64,000 nt of DNA, taken from the NCBI GenBank assembly GCA_040877595.1, contig JBBDNM010000062.1:10911-74910 (forward strand), given 5' to 3'. The notes under the pieces were generated by a model that was given only the letters and a program-made list of their open reading frames with translations, ran no database searches and was not told the DNA's origin. This document shows positions 16,473 through 25,512 of the stretch, piece after piece (within the stretch, counting starts at the first letter, position 1; every line of letters begins with the position of its first letter). This DNA comes from Gemmatimonadales bacterium (lineage in GTDB: Bacteria; Gemmatimonadota; Gemmatimonadetes; Gemmatimonadales; GWC2-71-9). A program made the position numbers and the translations under genes.

Positions 16473-17581
16473 CTGCAACAGCAAGTGCAGCGTACAGGGG
16501 GCAAGGGGCAGGGGGCAGGGGCGCGAGCGGAGCGACCCTGCTCCCTGCCCCCTGCACCCTGCTCCTTGCACTTCTTGTGGGGTGTGGGGACGGGCGGACG
16601 CCTCTCGTCGTCTACTCCCCCCACGGCCGCGATCTGTTGTCCTTGTTCGAGGAACGCTTCGAGGCCGCGCACCCCGACATTGACCTCCGCTACCTCGACA
16701 TGGGCTCGCAGGATGCCCTCGATCGTGTGCGCACCGAGCGTGCCAACCCCCAAGCCGATGTCTGGTTCGGCGGGCCCTCGGCGTTGTTCGCGCGGGCGGC
16801 GGCGGAATCCTTGCTGACGGCCTATCGGCCGAGCTGGGCGGACCACATTGCCCCGCATGGGTGGGGAGCGGGCGACCTCTTCTTCGCCGCGTACGAGACG
16901 CCGGGCGTGATCTATTACAACGCCGCCGCGCTCCGACATCCCGACAGCGCGGACGATGGCCGCCGAGCGGCGCCGTCCGATTGGGATGACGTCCTCACGC
17001 CCGCGTGGCACGACCAGGTGCTGATTCGTGATCCGATCGCGTCCGGCACCATGCGCGCGATCTTCGGCATGATCATCCAGCGCGGGCTGCGGGAGACCGG
17101 CGACACCGCCTGGGGATTCCATTGGTTGCGCCGGCTGGATGCCAACACGCGCGAGTACGCGCTCAATCCCTCGCTGCTCGACCAGAAACTCATTCGCCAG
17201 GAGGGCCTGGTCTCGCTGTGGGACCTGCCCGACGTGCTGATCGCGCAGGGTACCGGAGCGCCGGTGGGGTTCGTGCTCCCCACGAGCGGCGCGCCGGTCA
17301 TCGTGGACGGCATCGCCATCGTGCGCGGCAGCGATCACTCGGAGGCGGCCCAGCGGTTTGTCGAGTGGGTCGGAACGGTTGCGGCCCAGTTGATGGCGGC
17401 GCGTGCGGTCTACCGCCTGCCGGCCCGTCTCGATCTGCCGGCGGACTCGGTGCCCGACTGGTACATTGCCGTGCGCACGCAGATGGTGGTGGCCGAGATG
17501 GACTGGGAGCAGCTCGCGGATCGCGGCAACGACTGGATGCAATGGTGGGACCGTCACGTCCGCAACAAGGGCGCCCCGTGA
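16469..17581 (+). CDS. ABC transporter substrate-binding lipoprotein, Fe(III)/thiamine-type (AfuA/FbpA-like)
   Basis: Lipobox LLALLVG|C, followed by a PBP2-like sequence (PLVVYSPHGRDLL..DVWFGGP..). The ATG at 16469 overlaps the upstream stop (ATGA). No other ATG, GTG or TTG lies between it and the lipobox. Residues ~9-30 are therefore encoded by the heptamer element. Confidence 0.8.
   Translation: MTATASAAYRGQGAGGRGASGATLLPAPCTLLLALLVGCGDGRTPLVVYSPHGRDLLSLFEERFEAAHPDIDLRYLDMGSQDALDRVRTERANPQADVWFGGPSALFARAAAESLLTAYRPSWADHIAPHGWGAGDLFFAAYETPGVIYYNAAALRHPDSADDGRRAAPSDWDDVLTPAWHDQVLIRDPIASGTMRAIFGMIIQRGLRETGDTAWGFHWLRRLDANTREYALNPSLLDQKLIRQEGLVSLWDLPDVLIAQGTGAPVGFVLPTSGAPVIVDGIAIVRGSDHSEAAQRFVEWVGTVAAQLMAARAVYRLPARLDLPADSVPDWYIAVRTQMVVAEMDWEQLADRGNDWMQWWDRHVRNKGAP
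16485..16571. repeat. Heptamer-unit inverted-arm element (G-rich arm gcagggg-type x5, 14-nt loop, C-rich arm x5); the G-arm is a canonical G4 motif
   Basis: Left arm is gtgcagc gtacagg gggcaag gggcagg gggcagg gg (16485-16521). Loop is cgcgagcggagcga. Right arm is ccctgct ccctgcc ccctgca ccctgct ccttgca c (16536-16571). The arms are imperfect reverse complements. 16497-16521 reads GGGGGcaaGGGGcaGGGGGcaGGGG. Confidence 0.8.
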
Positions 17582-18588
17582 CCGCGCCGTTCCTGCAGGT
17601 CGAAGGGCTGAGCAAGCGCTTCGGCGACCATCAGGCGGTCGCCGATCTTTCGTTTACGCTCGCGCGCGGTGCCATGCTCGCATTGCTCGGGCCCAGTGGC
17701 AGCGGCAAGACCACCACGCTCCGCATGCTGGCAGGCTTCGAGCAACTCGACGCGGGGCGCATCCTGGTCGAAGGCCGCGACGTGACGCCGCTCGGGCCGG
17801 CCGCTCGGCGGTTCGGCATGGTCTTTCAGCACTACGCGCTGTTTCCCCACTTGTCGGTGTTCGAGAACGTGGCGTTTGGCTTGTCCAAGGACGCCGATCG
17901 CGCGTCGCGCGTAGCCGAGGTGCTGCGTCTGGTGGACCTCGCCGGGTTCGAGTCGCGCAGCATCGGGCAACTGTCCGGCGGTCAGCAGCAACGCGTGGCA
18001 CTGGCGAGAGCCTTGGCGCCGGAACCGCGCCTCCTGTTTCTGGACGAACCCCTGTCCAACCTGGATCCCTCCTTACGCGAACGCACCCGCGCCGAGCTGC
18101 GCGCCGCGCTCAAGCAGATCGGGATCACCACGATCCTGGTAACCCACGAACAGGAAGAAGCGTTCGCGCTGGGCGATCTGGTCGCCGTGCTCAAGGACGG
18201 TCGTCTCCAGCAACTCGGCACGCCGACGGAGCTGTACGAACATCCGCAGAACCAGTTTGTGGCCACGTTCGTCGGCCGGGCCAGTGCACTTCCCGGCACG
18301 ATCACCGCCCCTGGGCGGGTGCGGGTGGGTGATGTGGACTGGCCGACCGCCGGCTCGGCGACCGGTGCGGTCACGACGGTGGTGCGACCGGAAGATGTGG
18401 TGTTCACCGACTCGGGCCTGCCCGGGACCGTCGTCGAGCGGCGGTATTTGGGCGGGCGCGCGCTCTTTCGCGTGTCCACCGCGGCGGGGACGCTCGAGAT
18501 CGAGGCCCCCATGGCGTCCGCCGAGTTGGAAGCGAAGGTGCACGTCACCGCCCGCCGATCCCTATCGTTCAACCGGGACAGCGTGTGA
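17578..18588 (+). CDS. ABC transporter ATP-binding protein (FbpC/PotA-like)
   Basis: Walker A GPSGSGKTT, signature LSGGQQQRVALARAL, Walker B LLFLDEP. The GTG at 17578 overlaps the upstream stop (GTGA). The upstream 152 codons of track ORF 17122 are rejected. Confidence 0.9.
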   Translation: MTAPFLQVEGLSKRFGDHQAVADLSFTLARGAMLALLGPSGSGKTTTLRMLAGFEQLDAGRILVEGRDVTPLGPAARRFGMVFQHYALFPHLSVFENVAFGLSKDADRASRVAEVLRLVDLAGFESRSIGQLSGGQQQRVALARALAPEPRLLFLDEPLSNLDPSLRERTRAELRAALKQIGITTILVTHEQEEAFALGDLVAVLKDGRLQQLGTPTELYEHPQNQFVATFVGRASALPGTITAPGRVRVGDVDWPTAGSATGAVTTVVRPEDVVFTDSGLPGTVVERRYLGGRALFRVSTAAGTLEIEAPMASAELEAKVHVTARRSLSFNRDSV

Positions 18589-20216
18589 AGCGTCCCTGGG
18601 GCGTACTGCTCGCCCTCCTGCTCACGTGGCTGGTGGTCTACCCGATAGGACTCATACTGATCGAGGCCTTCCGGGCGGATGGCGCGTGGTCGCTCGTCAA
18701 CCTGCGCGAGTTTGCCGAGCATCGGGAAGAGTGGGGCGCGCTGTGGAATACGCTGTGGATTTCGTTTGCGAGTGTGGCCTTGGCAGGGGTGATCGGCATA
18801 CCGGTCGCCTTTGTCTTTGAGCGCTTGGACTTTCCCGGTCGCCGCATGCTTGGCGCACTCGTGGCCCTGCCCGCCGTGTTGCCCCCGCTGGTCGGGGTGC
18901 TGGCGTTCATGTTCCTGTACGGCGAGAGCGGGTTCGTAGCACGCAGCGTGCAGGTGGTGTTGGGGCTCGCCAATGCACCGTGGCGCTTGCAGGGGGCCGG
19001 GGCCATTCTGCTGGTCCATGCGTATTCCATGTATGTGTATTTCTACTTGTTCACGCGGGCGGGGTTGGCTCGGCTCGATGCATCCATGCTCGAAGCCGCG
19101 CAGTCCCTGGGCGCCGGCCGGTGGGAGACGCTGCGGCGGGTAACGCTGCCGCTGCTCCGTCCCCAGATCGCGGCGGCGGCCTTGCTGGTGTTCATGACGT
19201 CACTCGGTTCCTTCAGCGCGCCGTACATCTTCGGCGGCGGCTTCCGCGTGATGACCACGCAAATTGTCTCCACCAAGCTCAACGGCAACGACGGACTCGC
19301 GATGGTGCAGACCGCCATGCTGGCCATCGTCGCCCTGGTGGGACTCTGGTTGCTGGAACGTGGGCGCGGCGCTCGCAACGTCGCCGTGCTCCAGAAAGGT
19401 GCGGCGCCTGACGCGCACGCGATTCGCGCGCCGCTCGCGCGATGGGGTGCCACCGGGCTCGGTTGGGCCTTCGCGCTCTTCCTGCTGCTGCCGCATCTCA
19501 CGTTGCTGGTGGTCTCGCTGGTGCCGCGCGGCACGTGGACCACCGAGCTGATTCCTCCGGCCTGGACCCTCGGCAACTACGCGGCGCTGCTGGCCGATCC
19601 CGAACGGTTGCGGCCGATGGTCAACTCGCTCTGGATGGCTGCCGTCGCGACGGTGGGCGTGGTGCTGTTGACGTTAGGGGCCGGTCGTATGGTGGTGCAA
19701 CGCAAAGCGCGGTTGGGTCGGGCCATCGAGGCGCTCACCAACGTGCCCTGGGCGGTGCCGGGCACCGTGCTCGCCATCGCGGTCGCCACCACGTTCAGCG
19801 TGCACGCCCCGTGGGTGGGACGGGTGGTGTTGATCGGGACGCTCGCGATCTTGCCGCTGGCGTATTTGATCCGGAACCTGCCGATTGCGGCCGGCTCCAT
19901 CCTGGCCGGCTTCCGTCAGCTCGATCCCGCGCTGGATGAAGCGGCGGCGTCGCTGGGCGCGGGACGCGCGCGCACGATGTGGCGGGTTACGGTCCCCCTG
20001 CTGCGGCCCGCGATTCTGGCCGGAGCGGCCCTGGCATTTGCCACCGCACTCGGCGACTTCGTCACGTCCATCGTGCTCTACACGTATCACACCCGGCCGA
20101 TCTCGATCGAGATTCTCTCGGTACTGCGAGGCTATGACGTCGGCCAGGCTGCCGCGTACGGCGTGGTGCTGATGCTGATCTCCGCCGGCGCCATGCTGAT
20201 TGGCACTCGGCGATGA
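18585..20216 (+). CDS. ABC transporter permease, duplicated two-domain type (FbpB/ThiP-like)
   Basis: 543 aa, hydrophobic, with two internal permease repeats. The second carries ..AASLGAGRARTMWRVTVPLLRPAI... GTGA overlap with the ATPase gene. Confidence 0.88.
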   Translation: MKRPWGVLLALLLTWLVVYPIGLILIEAFRADGAWSLVNLREFAEHREEWGALWNTLWISFASVALAGVIGIPVAFVFERLDFPGRRMLGALVALPAVLPPLVGVLAFMFLYGESGFVARSVQVVLGLANAPWRLQGAGAILLVHAYSMYVYFYLFTRAGLARLDASMLEAAQSLGAGRWETLRRVTLPLLRPQIAAAALLVFMTSLGSFSAPYIFGGGFRVMTTQIVSTKLNGNDGLAMVQTAMLAIVALVGLWLLERGRGARNVAVLQKGAAPDAHAIRAPLARWGATGLGWAFALFLLLPHLTLLVVSLVPRGTWTTELIPPAWTLGNYAALLADPERLRPMVNSLWMAAVATVGVVLLTLGAGRMVVQRKARLGRAIEALTNVPWAVPGTVLAIAVATTFSVHAPWVGRVVLIGTLAILPLAYLIRNLPIAAGSILAGFRQLDPALDEAAASLGAGRARTMWRVTVPLLRPAILAGAALAFATALGDFVTSIVLYTYHTRPISIEILSVLRGYDVGQAAAYGVVLMLISAGAMLIGTRR

Positions 20217-21400
20217 ATCCGTCGGTCAAGAAGCTGTCCGTCCTGATCGGCATCGCGTTCGTGGACATGATCGGGTTCGCGATGATCTTCCCGCTGCTGC
20301 CGTTTTACGCGCTGCGGCTGGAGGCCAGTCCCGCGACTATCGGCTGGATGATCGCGAGTTTCTCGATTGCGCAGATGGCCTCCTCGCCGCTGTGGGGCCG
20401 CGTGTCGGACCGTTTTGGCCGTCGGCCGGCGCTCATGGTGGGCCTGTTGGGCTCGTCCATCGGGTTTCTCGTGTTTGGATTCGCGACCTCCATCTGGATG
20501 TTGTTCCTCTCCCGCATCATTCAGGGTGCGGGCGGCGGCACCACGGGTGTAGCGCAGGCGTACATCGGGGACGCCGTCGAACCCAGGGAGCGCGCCAAGG
20601 CGCTGGGCTGGTTGTCGGCGGCGACGTCGGCAGGGGTCATGATCGGCCCGGCACTCGGATCGCTTGCGGCTAACCTGGGTCCCGAAGCGCCGGGCATCCT
20701 CGCCGCGGCCTTGTGTGCCATCAATCTCGGGTTTGCGTGGCGGTGGCTGCCCGAGACCAACGTGCGGAAGCCGCGCACGTCCACGGACGGACCCGAGCCG
20801 ATCATGCGCTCCGTCCGTACCGTCATGGCCGAGGTCGTGCTCAAGCCGGCGAACGACATCTCGAAGCTCATCTGGATCTACGCCACCGGCATGCTGGGCT
20901 TCATGTCCATGACGGCGGTGTTTGCGCTGTTCCTGGGAGCCGAGTTCGGGATTACGGAGCGTACCATCGGGTACTTCTTCGTGTATAACGGATTGGTGGG
21001 GGTGGTGATGCGGGCGGTACTGCTCGGGCCGCTGGTGGATCGGTTTGGCGAGGTCCGTCTCATGCGGGCGGGCGCGCTTATCATGACCTTGGGCCTGCTG
21101 CTCCTCCCGCTGACCCAGAGTGTCTGGATGGTTGCGGCGGTGATGGGACTGGTGCCTGTGGGTACGGCGCTGCTGTTTCCGGCGACCTCGGCGCTGGTGA
21201 CGCATCGCGCTCCCGCTCATGAGCGCGGCCAGGTACTGGGCGTGCAACAAACGTTCGGCGGTGTAGCCCGGGTGTTTGCCCCCATCTGGGCAACGTACGT
21301 CTTTCAGATCGGGACGCGCTTGCCGTTTCTGGTTGCGGCGGGGGTCGTGGCGGGGGTCGGGATACTGACGTTGCGCGTCAGGAGTACGGAGTCCGGGTAA
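20213..21400 (+). CDS. MFS transporter
   Basis: 395 aa with about 12 hydrophobic segments. MFS motif GRVSDRFGRRPALM. ATGA overlap with the permease stop. Confidence 0.88.
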   Translation: MNPSVKKLSVLIGIAFVDMIGFAMIFPLLPFYALRLEASPATIGWMIASFSIAQMASSPLWGRVSDRFGRRPALMVGLLGSSIGFLVFGFATSIWMLFLSRIIQGAGGGTTGVAQAYIGDAVEPRERAKALGWLSAATSAGVMIGPALGSLAANLGPEAPGILAAALCAINLGFAWRWLPETNVRKPRTSTDGPEPIMRSVRTVMAEVVLKPANDISKLIWIYATGMLGFMSMTAVFALFLGAEFGITERTIGYFFVYNGLVGVVMRAVLLGPLVDRFGEVRLMRAGALIMTLGLLLLPLTQSVWMVAAVMGLVPVGTALLFPATSALVTHRAPAHERGQVLGVQQTFGGVARVFAPIWATYVFQIGTRLPFLVAAGVVAGVGILTLRVRSTESG

Positions 21401-21454
21401 GGGTGCAAAAAGGTGCAAAGGCGCAAAGGTGCAAAGGTGCAAGGGTGCAAGGGG
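21401..21454. repeat. Direct octamer array (ggtgcaaa-type, ~6 units) filling a convergent intergenic gap
   Basis: gggtgcaaaaa ggtgcaaa ggcgcaaa ggtgcaaa ggtgcaag ggtgcaag gggg lies exactly between the MFS stop (21398-21400) and the amidohydrolase stop (21458-21460). No inverted partner arm was seen. Confidence 0.8.
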
Positions 21455-21457
21455 ACG

Positions 21458-23110
21458 CTACCGCCGGTAGACCACGTGTCCGCCGAGCACCGTCATGACA
21501 ACCTCCGTATCCAGTACCGCGCGCTCATCCACCGTCATGATGTCCTGACTCAAGACCACAAAATCCGCATACTTGCCCGCCGTCAACGATCCCGACTCGT
21601 TCTCCATGAACGCCGCATACGCCGGCCACAGCGTCATCGAGAGCAGCGCCTCCATGCGCGTCGTACGCTCGGCCGGGAACCAGCCGCCGGCCGGCCAGCC
21701 GTTGTTGTCCATGCGCGTAAAGAAGGCGCGGAACGAGATCAACGGGTTCACCTGCTCGACCGGAAAGTCTGAGCCGTTGGGAATCACGACACCGGTGTTG
21801 AGCAGGGACCGCCACACGTAGGCGCCCTGGCTGCGGTTCCAGCCGATGCGGTTCGGCACCCACGCCATGTCGCTGGTCTGGTGCGAGCCCTGCATGGAGG
21901 GAATCACGTCGAGCTGGGCAAAGCGCGGGATGTCCTGGCGGTGCAGGTTCTGCGCGTGTTCCACTCGGAACCGGTGATCGCCACGGGGTGCCTGGCCAAG
22001 CGCCCATTCAAAGGCGTCGAGGGCCATGCGATTGGCGCGGTCGCCGATGGCATGCACGTTGAGCTGGAACCCGCTGCGGAGTGCCTTGACGGCGATGCGG
22101 CGGAGCACAGAATCGGGGAAGGTGATGAGACCGGTGACGCCGGGCTCATCGCTGTACTCCTCGATCATCGCCGCCCCTCGGCTGCCGAGGGCCCCGTCGA
22201 CACTGATCTTGATGGATCGCACCCAGAGGCGGTCGTGGACCGCGAGGCGCGGTCCGCGCTCCATCAACCGGTCGAGTGTCGCTTCGTTGTCCCGCACCAT
22301 CACATAGTTGCGCAAGGGGTAGCGGCCGGTGCGGGCCAGTTCCTCGTAGACCGAGAGGAGCCCTTCGCTCACGCCAGCGTCGTGAATGCCGGTCAGGCCC
22401 CACCGGTTGGCTTCCGCGATGGCCGCGAGTACGGCGGCGCGCGTCTCATCGCCCGACTCACGGGCCATAACCCGGTTCACCAGCGCCATCGCGTTGTCCA
22501 CCAGCACGCCGGTGGCGTCGCCGTCGGCGTCCCGGATGATGCGGCCGCCGCTCGGGTCGGGCGTGTCGCGCGTGATGCCGGCCAGTTCAAGCGCGCGGGC
22601 GTTCACGAACAGCGCGTGCCCATCCACGCGGGTCATGGCTACCGGATGATCGGGTACCGCGCTGGACAGCGATTGATGGGTGGGGAAACGCGTGTCGGCC
22701 CAGAGGTTCTGGTCCCAGCCCCGGCCGCGAATCCAGTCGCCGCTTCGCGTGTCGACGGCCCGGGCCCGTACGCGGGCAATGACGTCGTCCAGCGACCGCG
22801 TGCCCACCAGGTCCACCCGCCGCAGGGCAAGCCCAAGGTTCAGCAGGTGCGCGTGAGCGTCCACCATGCCGGCGATGACGGTCAGGCCGCCCACATCCAT
22901 GCGTTCCGTGCGCGGGCCGGCCATGGCCTCCGCCCCGCGGCGGCTGCCGACAAAGACGATCAGGCCGTCCCGCACGGCCAAGGCTTCCGCCCGTGGCCGG
23001 TTGACGTCCGACGTCCAGATGTTGGCGTTGACCACGATCAAATCGGCGGGTTGCTGGGCCAGCACGGATTGCCCGGCGAGAGCGATGGCAAGCAGGGGGA
23101 TGAGTCGCAT
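21458..23110 (-). CDS. Secreted metal-dependent amidohydrolase (YtcJ/Amidohydro_3-like)
   Basis: Start MRLIPLLAIALAGQSVLAQQ is ATG at complement(23108..23110) and gives a signal peptide. Motifs include ..GMVDAHAHLLNLG.., ..NVHAIGDRAN.., ..RVEHAQ.. and ..GSDFPVE... The 49 upstream codons of the track ORF run through a repeat element and are rejected. Confidence 0.85.
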   Translation of the reverse strand: MRLIPLLAIALAGQSVLAQQPADLIVVNANIWTSDVNRPRAEALAVRDGLIVFVGSRRGAEAMAGPRTERMDVGGLTVIAGMVDAHAHLLNLGLALRRVDLVGTRSLDDVIARVRARAVDTRSGDWIRGRGWDQNLWADTRFPTHQSLSSAVPDHPVAMTRVDGHALFVNARALELAGITRDTPDPSGGRIIRDADGDATGVLVDNAMALVNRVMARESGDETRAAVLAAIAEANRWGLTGIHDAGVSEGLLSVYEELARTGRYPLRNYVMVRDNEATLDRLMERGPRLAVHDRLWVRSIKISVDGALGSRGAAMIEEYSDEPGVTGLITFPDSVLRRIAVKALRSGFQLNVHAIGDRANRMALDAFEWALGQAPRGDHRFRVEHAQNLHRQDIPRFAQLDVIPSMQGSHQTSDMAWVPNRIGWNRSQGAYVWRSLLNTGVVIPNGSDFPVEQVNPLISFRAFFTRMDNNGWPAGGWFPAERTTRMEALLSMTLWPAYAAFMENESGSLTAGKYADFVVLSQDIMTVDERAVLDTEVVMTVLGGHVVYRR

Positions 23111-23122
23111 ACGGAGTAAGAT

Positions 23123-23201
23123 GGCGGGAAGGCGGGAAGTCGGGAAGGCGGGACGGGCGAACCGCCTACTTCCCGCCCTCCCGCCCTTCCGCCTTCCCGC
23201 C
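23123..23201. repeat. Octamer-unit inverted-arm element (ggcgggaa-type); the G-arm is a G4 motif
   Basis: Left arm is ggcgggaa ggcgggaa gtcgggaa ggcgggac gggcg (23123-23159). Right arm is cttcccgccctcccgcccttccgccttcccgcc (23169-23201). The outermost 13 bp pair perfectly and the inner part needs bulges. The element lies between the decarboxylase stop (23166-23168, inside the element) and the amidohydrolase start (23110). Confidence 0.8.
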
Positions 23202-24602
23202 GAGCTCAACGACCACCTCAACCGCCACCGCAATATCCGGCATCTCCGTCCTCGCATTCACGATACATGCCCGTAGGCAGTAGATCCCGTCCACCGTCGT
23301 TCCCGACAGGAATACCCGACCGTCCTTCTGGAGGCGGTCCACCAACTTCTTGTTGATTGCGTCGGCGTGGCCCGAGGTCGGGAGGTAGCGGAAGCACACA
23401 ATAGAAAGGTCGGTCTCACCCACCAGTTCCAGGCGCGGGTGTGCCGCCACCTGACGTCTGAGCTCCGCGGCCATGGCGAGATCGTGGCGCCACAGCTCGT
23501 GGTATCCCTTGAGTCCCATCCGCCGCATGACCGCGTACACCTTGAGCGCGCGGAACGCCCGCGACAGCTGCGGCCCCTGCTGGTGGTACCAGAGCGGGCC
23601 GTTGTACCAGTCGTTGTCTTCCACTTCGAGATAATCGGCCTTGGTGGCGAACGCCTGGGTGAGGGCGTTCCGGTCCTTGACCAGCACCGCGCCCGCCTCA
23701 TAAGGCACGTAGAGCCACTTGTGCGGGTTCATCGTAAGGGAGTCCGCGAGTTCCATGCCGCGGTAGTGGTCGGCCAGTTCGGGCAACGAGCGCAGCGCGG
23801 CACCGTACGCGCCATCAACGTGGAGCCACAGCCCTTCGTCATCACCCACCTTGCGTAGCTCGGCCAGCGGATCAATCGCGCCCGTGTTCACGGTGCCCGC
23901 GGTCCCCACCACGCAGAGGGGCAGGCAACCGTCCGCACGATCCCGAGCAATGGCGGCGCGCAAAGCCTTGATGTCGAACACTCGGCCCCGCATGGGTACG
24001 AGCCGGAGCGAGTCATCGCCCAGGCCCAGCATCTCAACCGCACGGCGAATGGACGAATGCGTTTCGTGCGTCACATAAACCGCGGGCCGGATGCCCAGCT
24101 GGCCAAGTCCGGTCTTCCGGCTGCCGGGCAACAGGCGCTCGCGCATGGCGGCCAGGGCCACGAAATTGGCGGCAGATCCGCCCGAGAGCAGGATGCCGCC
24201 GGCGGACAGCTCGTAGCCGACGAGTTCCGCCAGCCACCGCATCACGCACATCTCCACCCAGGTCGCAATCTGCGCCGAGCCCGCGCAGTTGTTGTTCATG
24301 GTCGCGGCCAGCAGGTCGGCCGCCATGCCCATCGGGGCGGCGCTGCCGCGGATGTAGCCCCACCAGCGCGGATGCCCGATGCCGAGCGAGTAGGGCAGGA
24401 CGTCCCGCTCGAGGTCGGCGAGAATCGTGGCCGCGTCAGTGCCTTCCAGCGGCAGCGGCGCCCGCTCGAACCGGGCAATCACGTCATCGGGTGGTCGCAC
24501 AAACGCGGGGCGGTCCGGCAGGCCGCGCAGGTAGTCGGCAGCCATATGCGAAACGCGGGCCAGCGTCTGTTCAAAATCGTCAGGCGAAAAGTCAGGGTGC
24601 AT
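23166..24602 (-). CDS. Pyridoxal-dependent (group II) amino-acid decarboxylase
   Basis: Diagnostic peptides are ..SGGSAANFVALAA.., ..HVDGAYG.. and ..SLTMNPHKWLYVP.. (PLP-lysine motif). The chosen start MHPDFSPDDF is at complement(24600..24602). The last 11 residues (GGKAEGREGGK) are encoded by the right arm of the repeat element. Confidence 0.85.
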   Translation of the reverse strand: MHPDFSPDDFEQTLARVSHMAADYLRGLPDRPAFVRPPDDVIARFERAPLPLEGTDAATILADLERDVLPYSLGIGHPRWWGYIRGSAAPMGMAADLLAATMNNNCAGSAQIATWVEMCVMRWLAELVGYELSAGGILLSGGSAANFVALAAMRERLLPGSRKTGLGQLGIRPAVYVTHETHSSIRRAVEMLGLGDDSLRLVPMRGRVFDIKALRAAIARDRADGCLPLCVVGTAGTVNTGAIDPLAELRKVGDDEGLWLHVDGAYGAALRSLPELADHYRGMELADSLTMNPHKWLYVPYEAGAVLVKDRNALTQAFATKADYLEVEDNDWYNGPLWYHQQGPQLSRAFRALKVYAVMRRMGLKGYHELWRHDLAMAAELRRQVAAHPRLELVGETDLSIVCFRYLPTSGHADAINKKLVDRLQKDGRVFLSGTTVDGIYCLRACIVNARTEMPDIAVAVEVVVELGGKAEGREGGK

Positions 24603-25512
24603 CGGTGGCGAATGCCTTGGCGAGGAACGCATGGACCGTGTCGCGATACATGGGCCCCGCATCGTCGTAGGTCTCGTTGTGTCCGGCGCCCTCGATAGGC
24701 ACCAGGGTGGCCTGTCGTGCGGCGTCCGCCAGACGCTGCCCCATCCAGAATGGCGCGATCCGGTCTTGCGTTCCGTGCAGGATCAGGACCGGTACGTCCA
24801 CCGACCGCAGACGTTCCAGATTGTCGAGGTCGAGACGCGTCATGATGCGCGGCAGGAACCAGTAGTGCCGCCGCGCCATGTCGCGTGCGTTGGTGAACGG
24901 CGCGTCGAGCACCACCGCCGCCGGTGTGCGGTGCGCGGCAAGCCACGTGGCCGACACGCCGCCGATCGAGCGGCCGTACACCGCGATCCGCATCGCATCC
25001 ACGTCCGGTCGCGCGGCAAGCCAGTCCCATATGGCTTCTGCGTCGCGGTAGACGTCGGCCTCGGTCGGCTTGCCCGGGTTCTCCCCGTAGCCGCGGTAGT
25101 CCACGGCCAGCAGCGCGGCGCCGGGCAGTCGCATCTGGAGCAGCATCGGCGCCATCGCGCCGACGGTTTCCATGATGCCGGTGAACCAGATGACGGCAGG
25201 CGCAGGGCGGGAGGTCGGGCGGGCGGGAGGCAAGAACCATCCGCTGAGCGTGAGTCCGTCGTGGGTACGAATCGCGACCCGTTCGCCGCCCTCCGGGGTA
25301 CCGAGCACATGGCGCGGCGACGGAAACGCGAGCCGGTCCTGCATCAGCCAGGCGACGAACACAATGACCAGGTAACTGACCGCGATGTACGCGGCGATGC
25401 GGAGGGCAATCGTCACGACGGTGAATCTACTGTCCCCGCGTCTCCGCGCCTCCGCGTGAGTATCTTCTCTCGCCATGTCCGACCTTGCCATCAGCTGTCG
25501 CGGTCTCGTCAA
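24592..25512 (-). CDS. Membrane-anchored alpha/beta hydrolase
   Basis: N-terminal TM segment VVTIALRIAAYIAVSYLVIVFVAWLM, nucleophile elbow GRSIGG, then ..ILHGTQDRI.. and ..GAGHNE... The start is uncertain: 25512, 25491 or 25476. The last shares a CATG with the divergent ABC gene start. Confidence 0.75.
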   Translation of the reverse strand: MTRPRQLMARSDMAREDTHAEARRRGDSRFTVVTIALRIAAYIAVSYLVIVFVAWLMQDRLAFPSPRHVLGTPEGGERVAIRTHDGLTLSGWFLPPARPTSRPAPAVIWFTGIMETVGAMAPMLLQMRLPGAALLAVDYRGYGENPGKPTEADVYRDAEAIWDWLAARPDVDAMRIAVYGRSIGGVSATWLAAHRTPAAVVLDAPFTNARDMARRHYWFLPRIMTRLDLDNLERLRSVDVPVLILHGTQDRIAPFWMGQRLADAARQATLVPIEGAGHNETYDDAGPMYRDTVHAFLAKAFATDAP

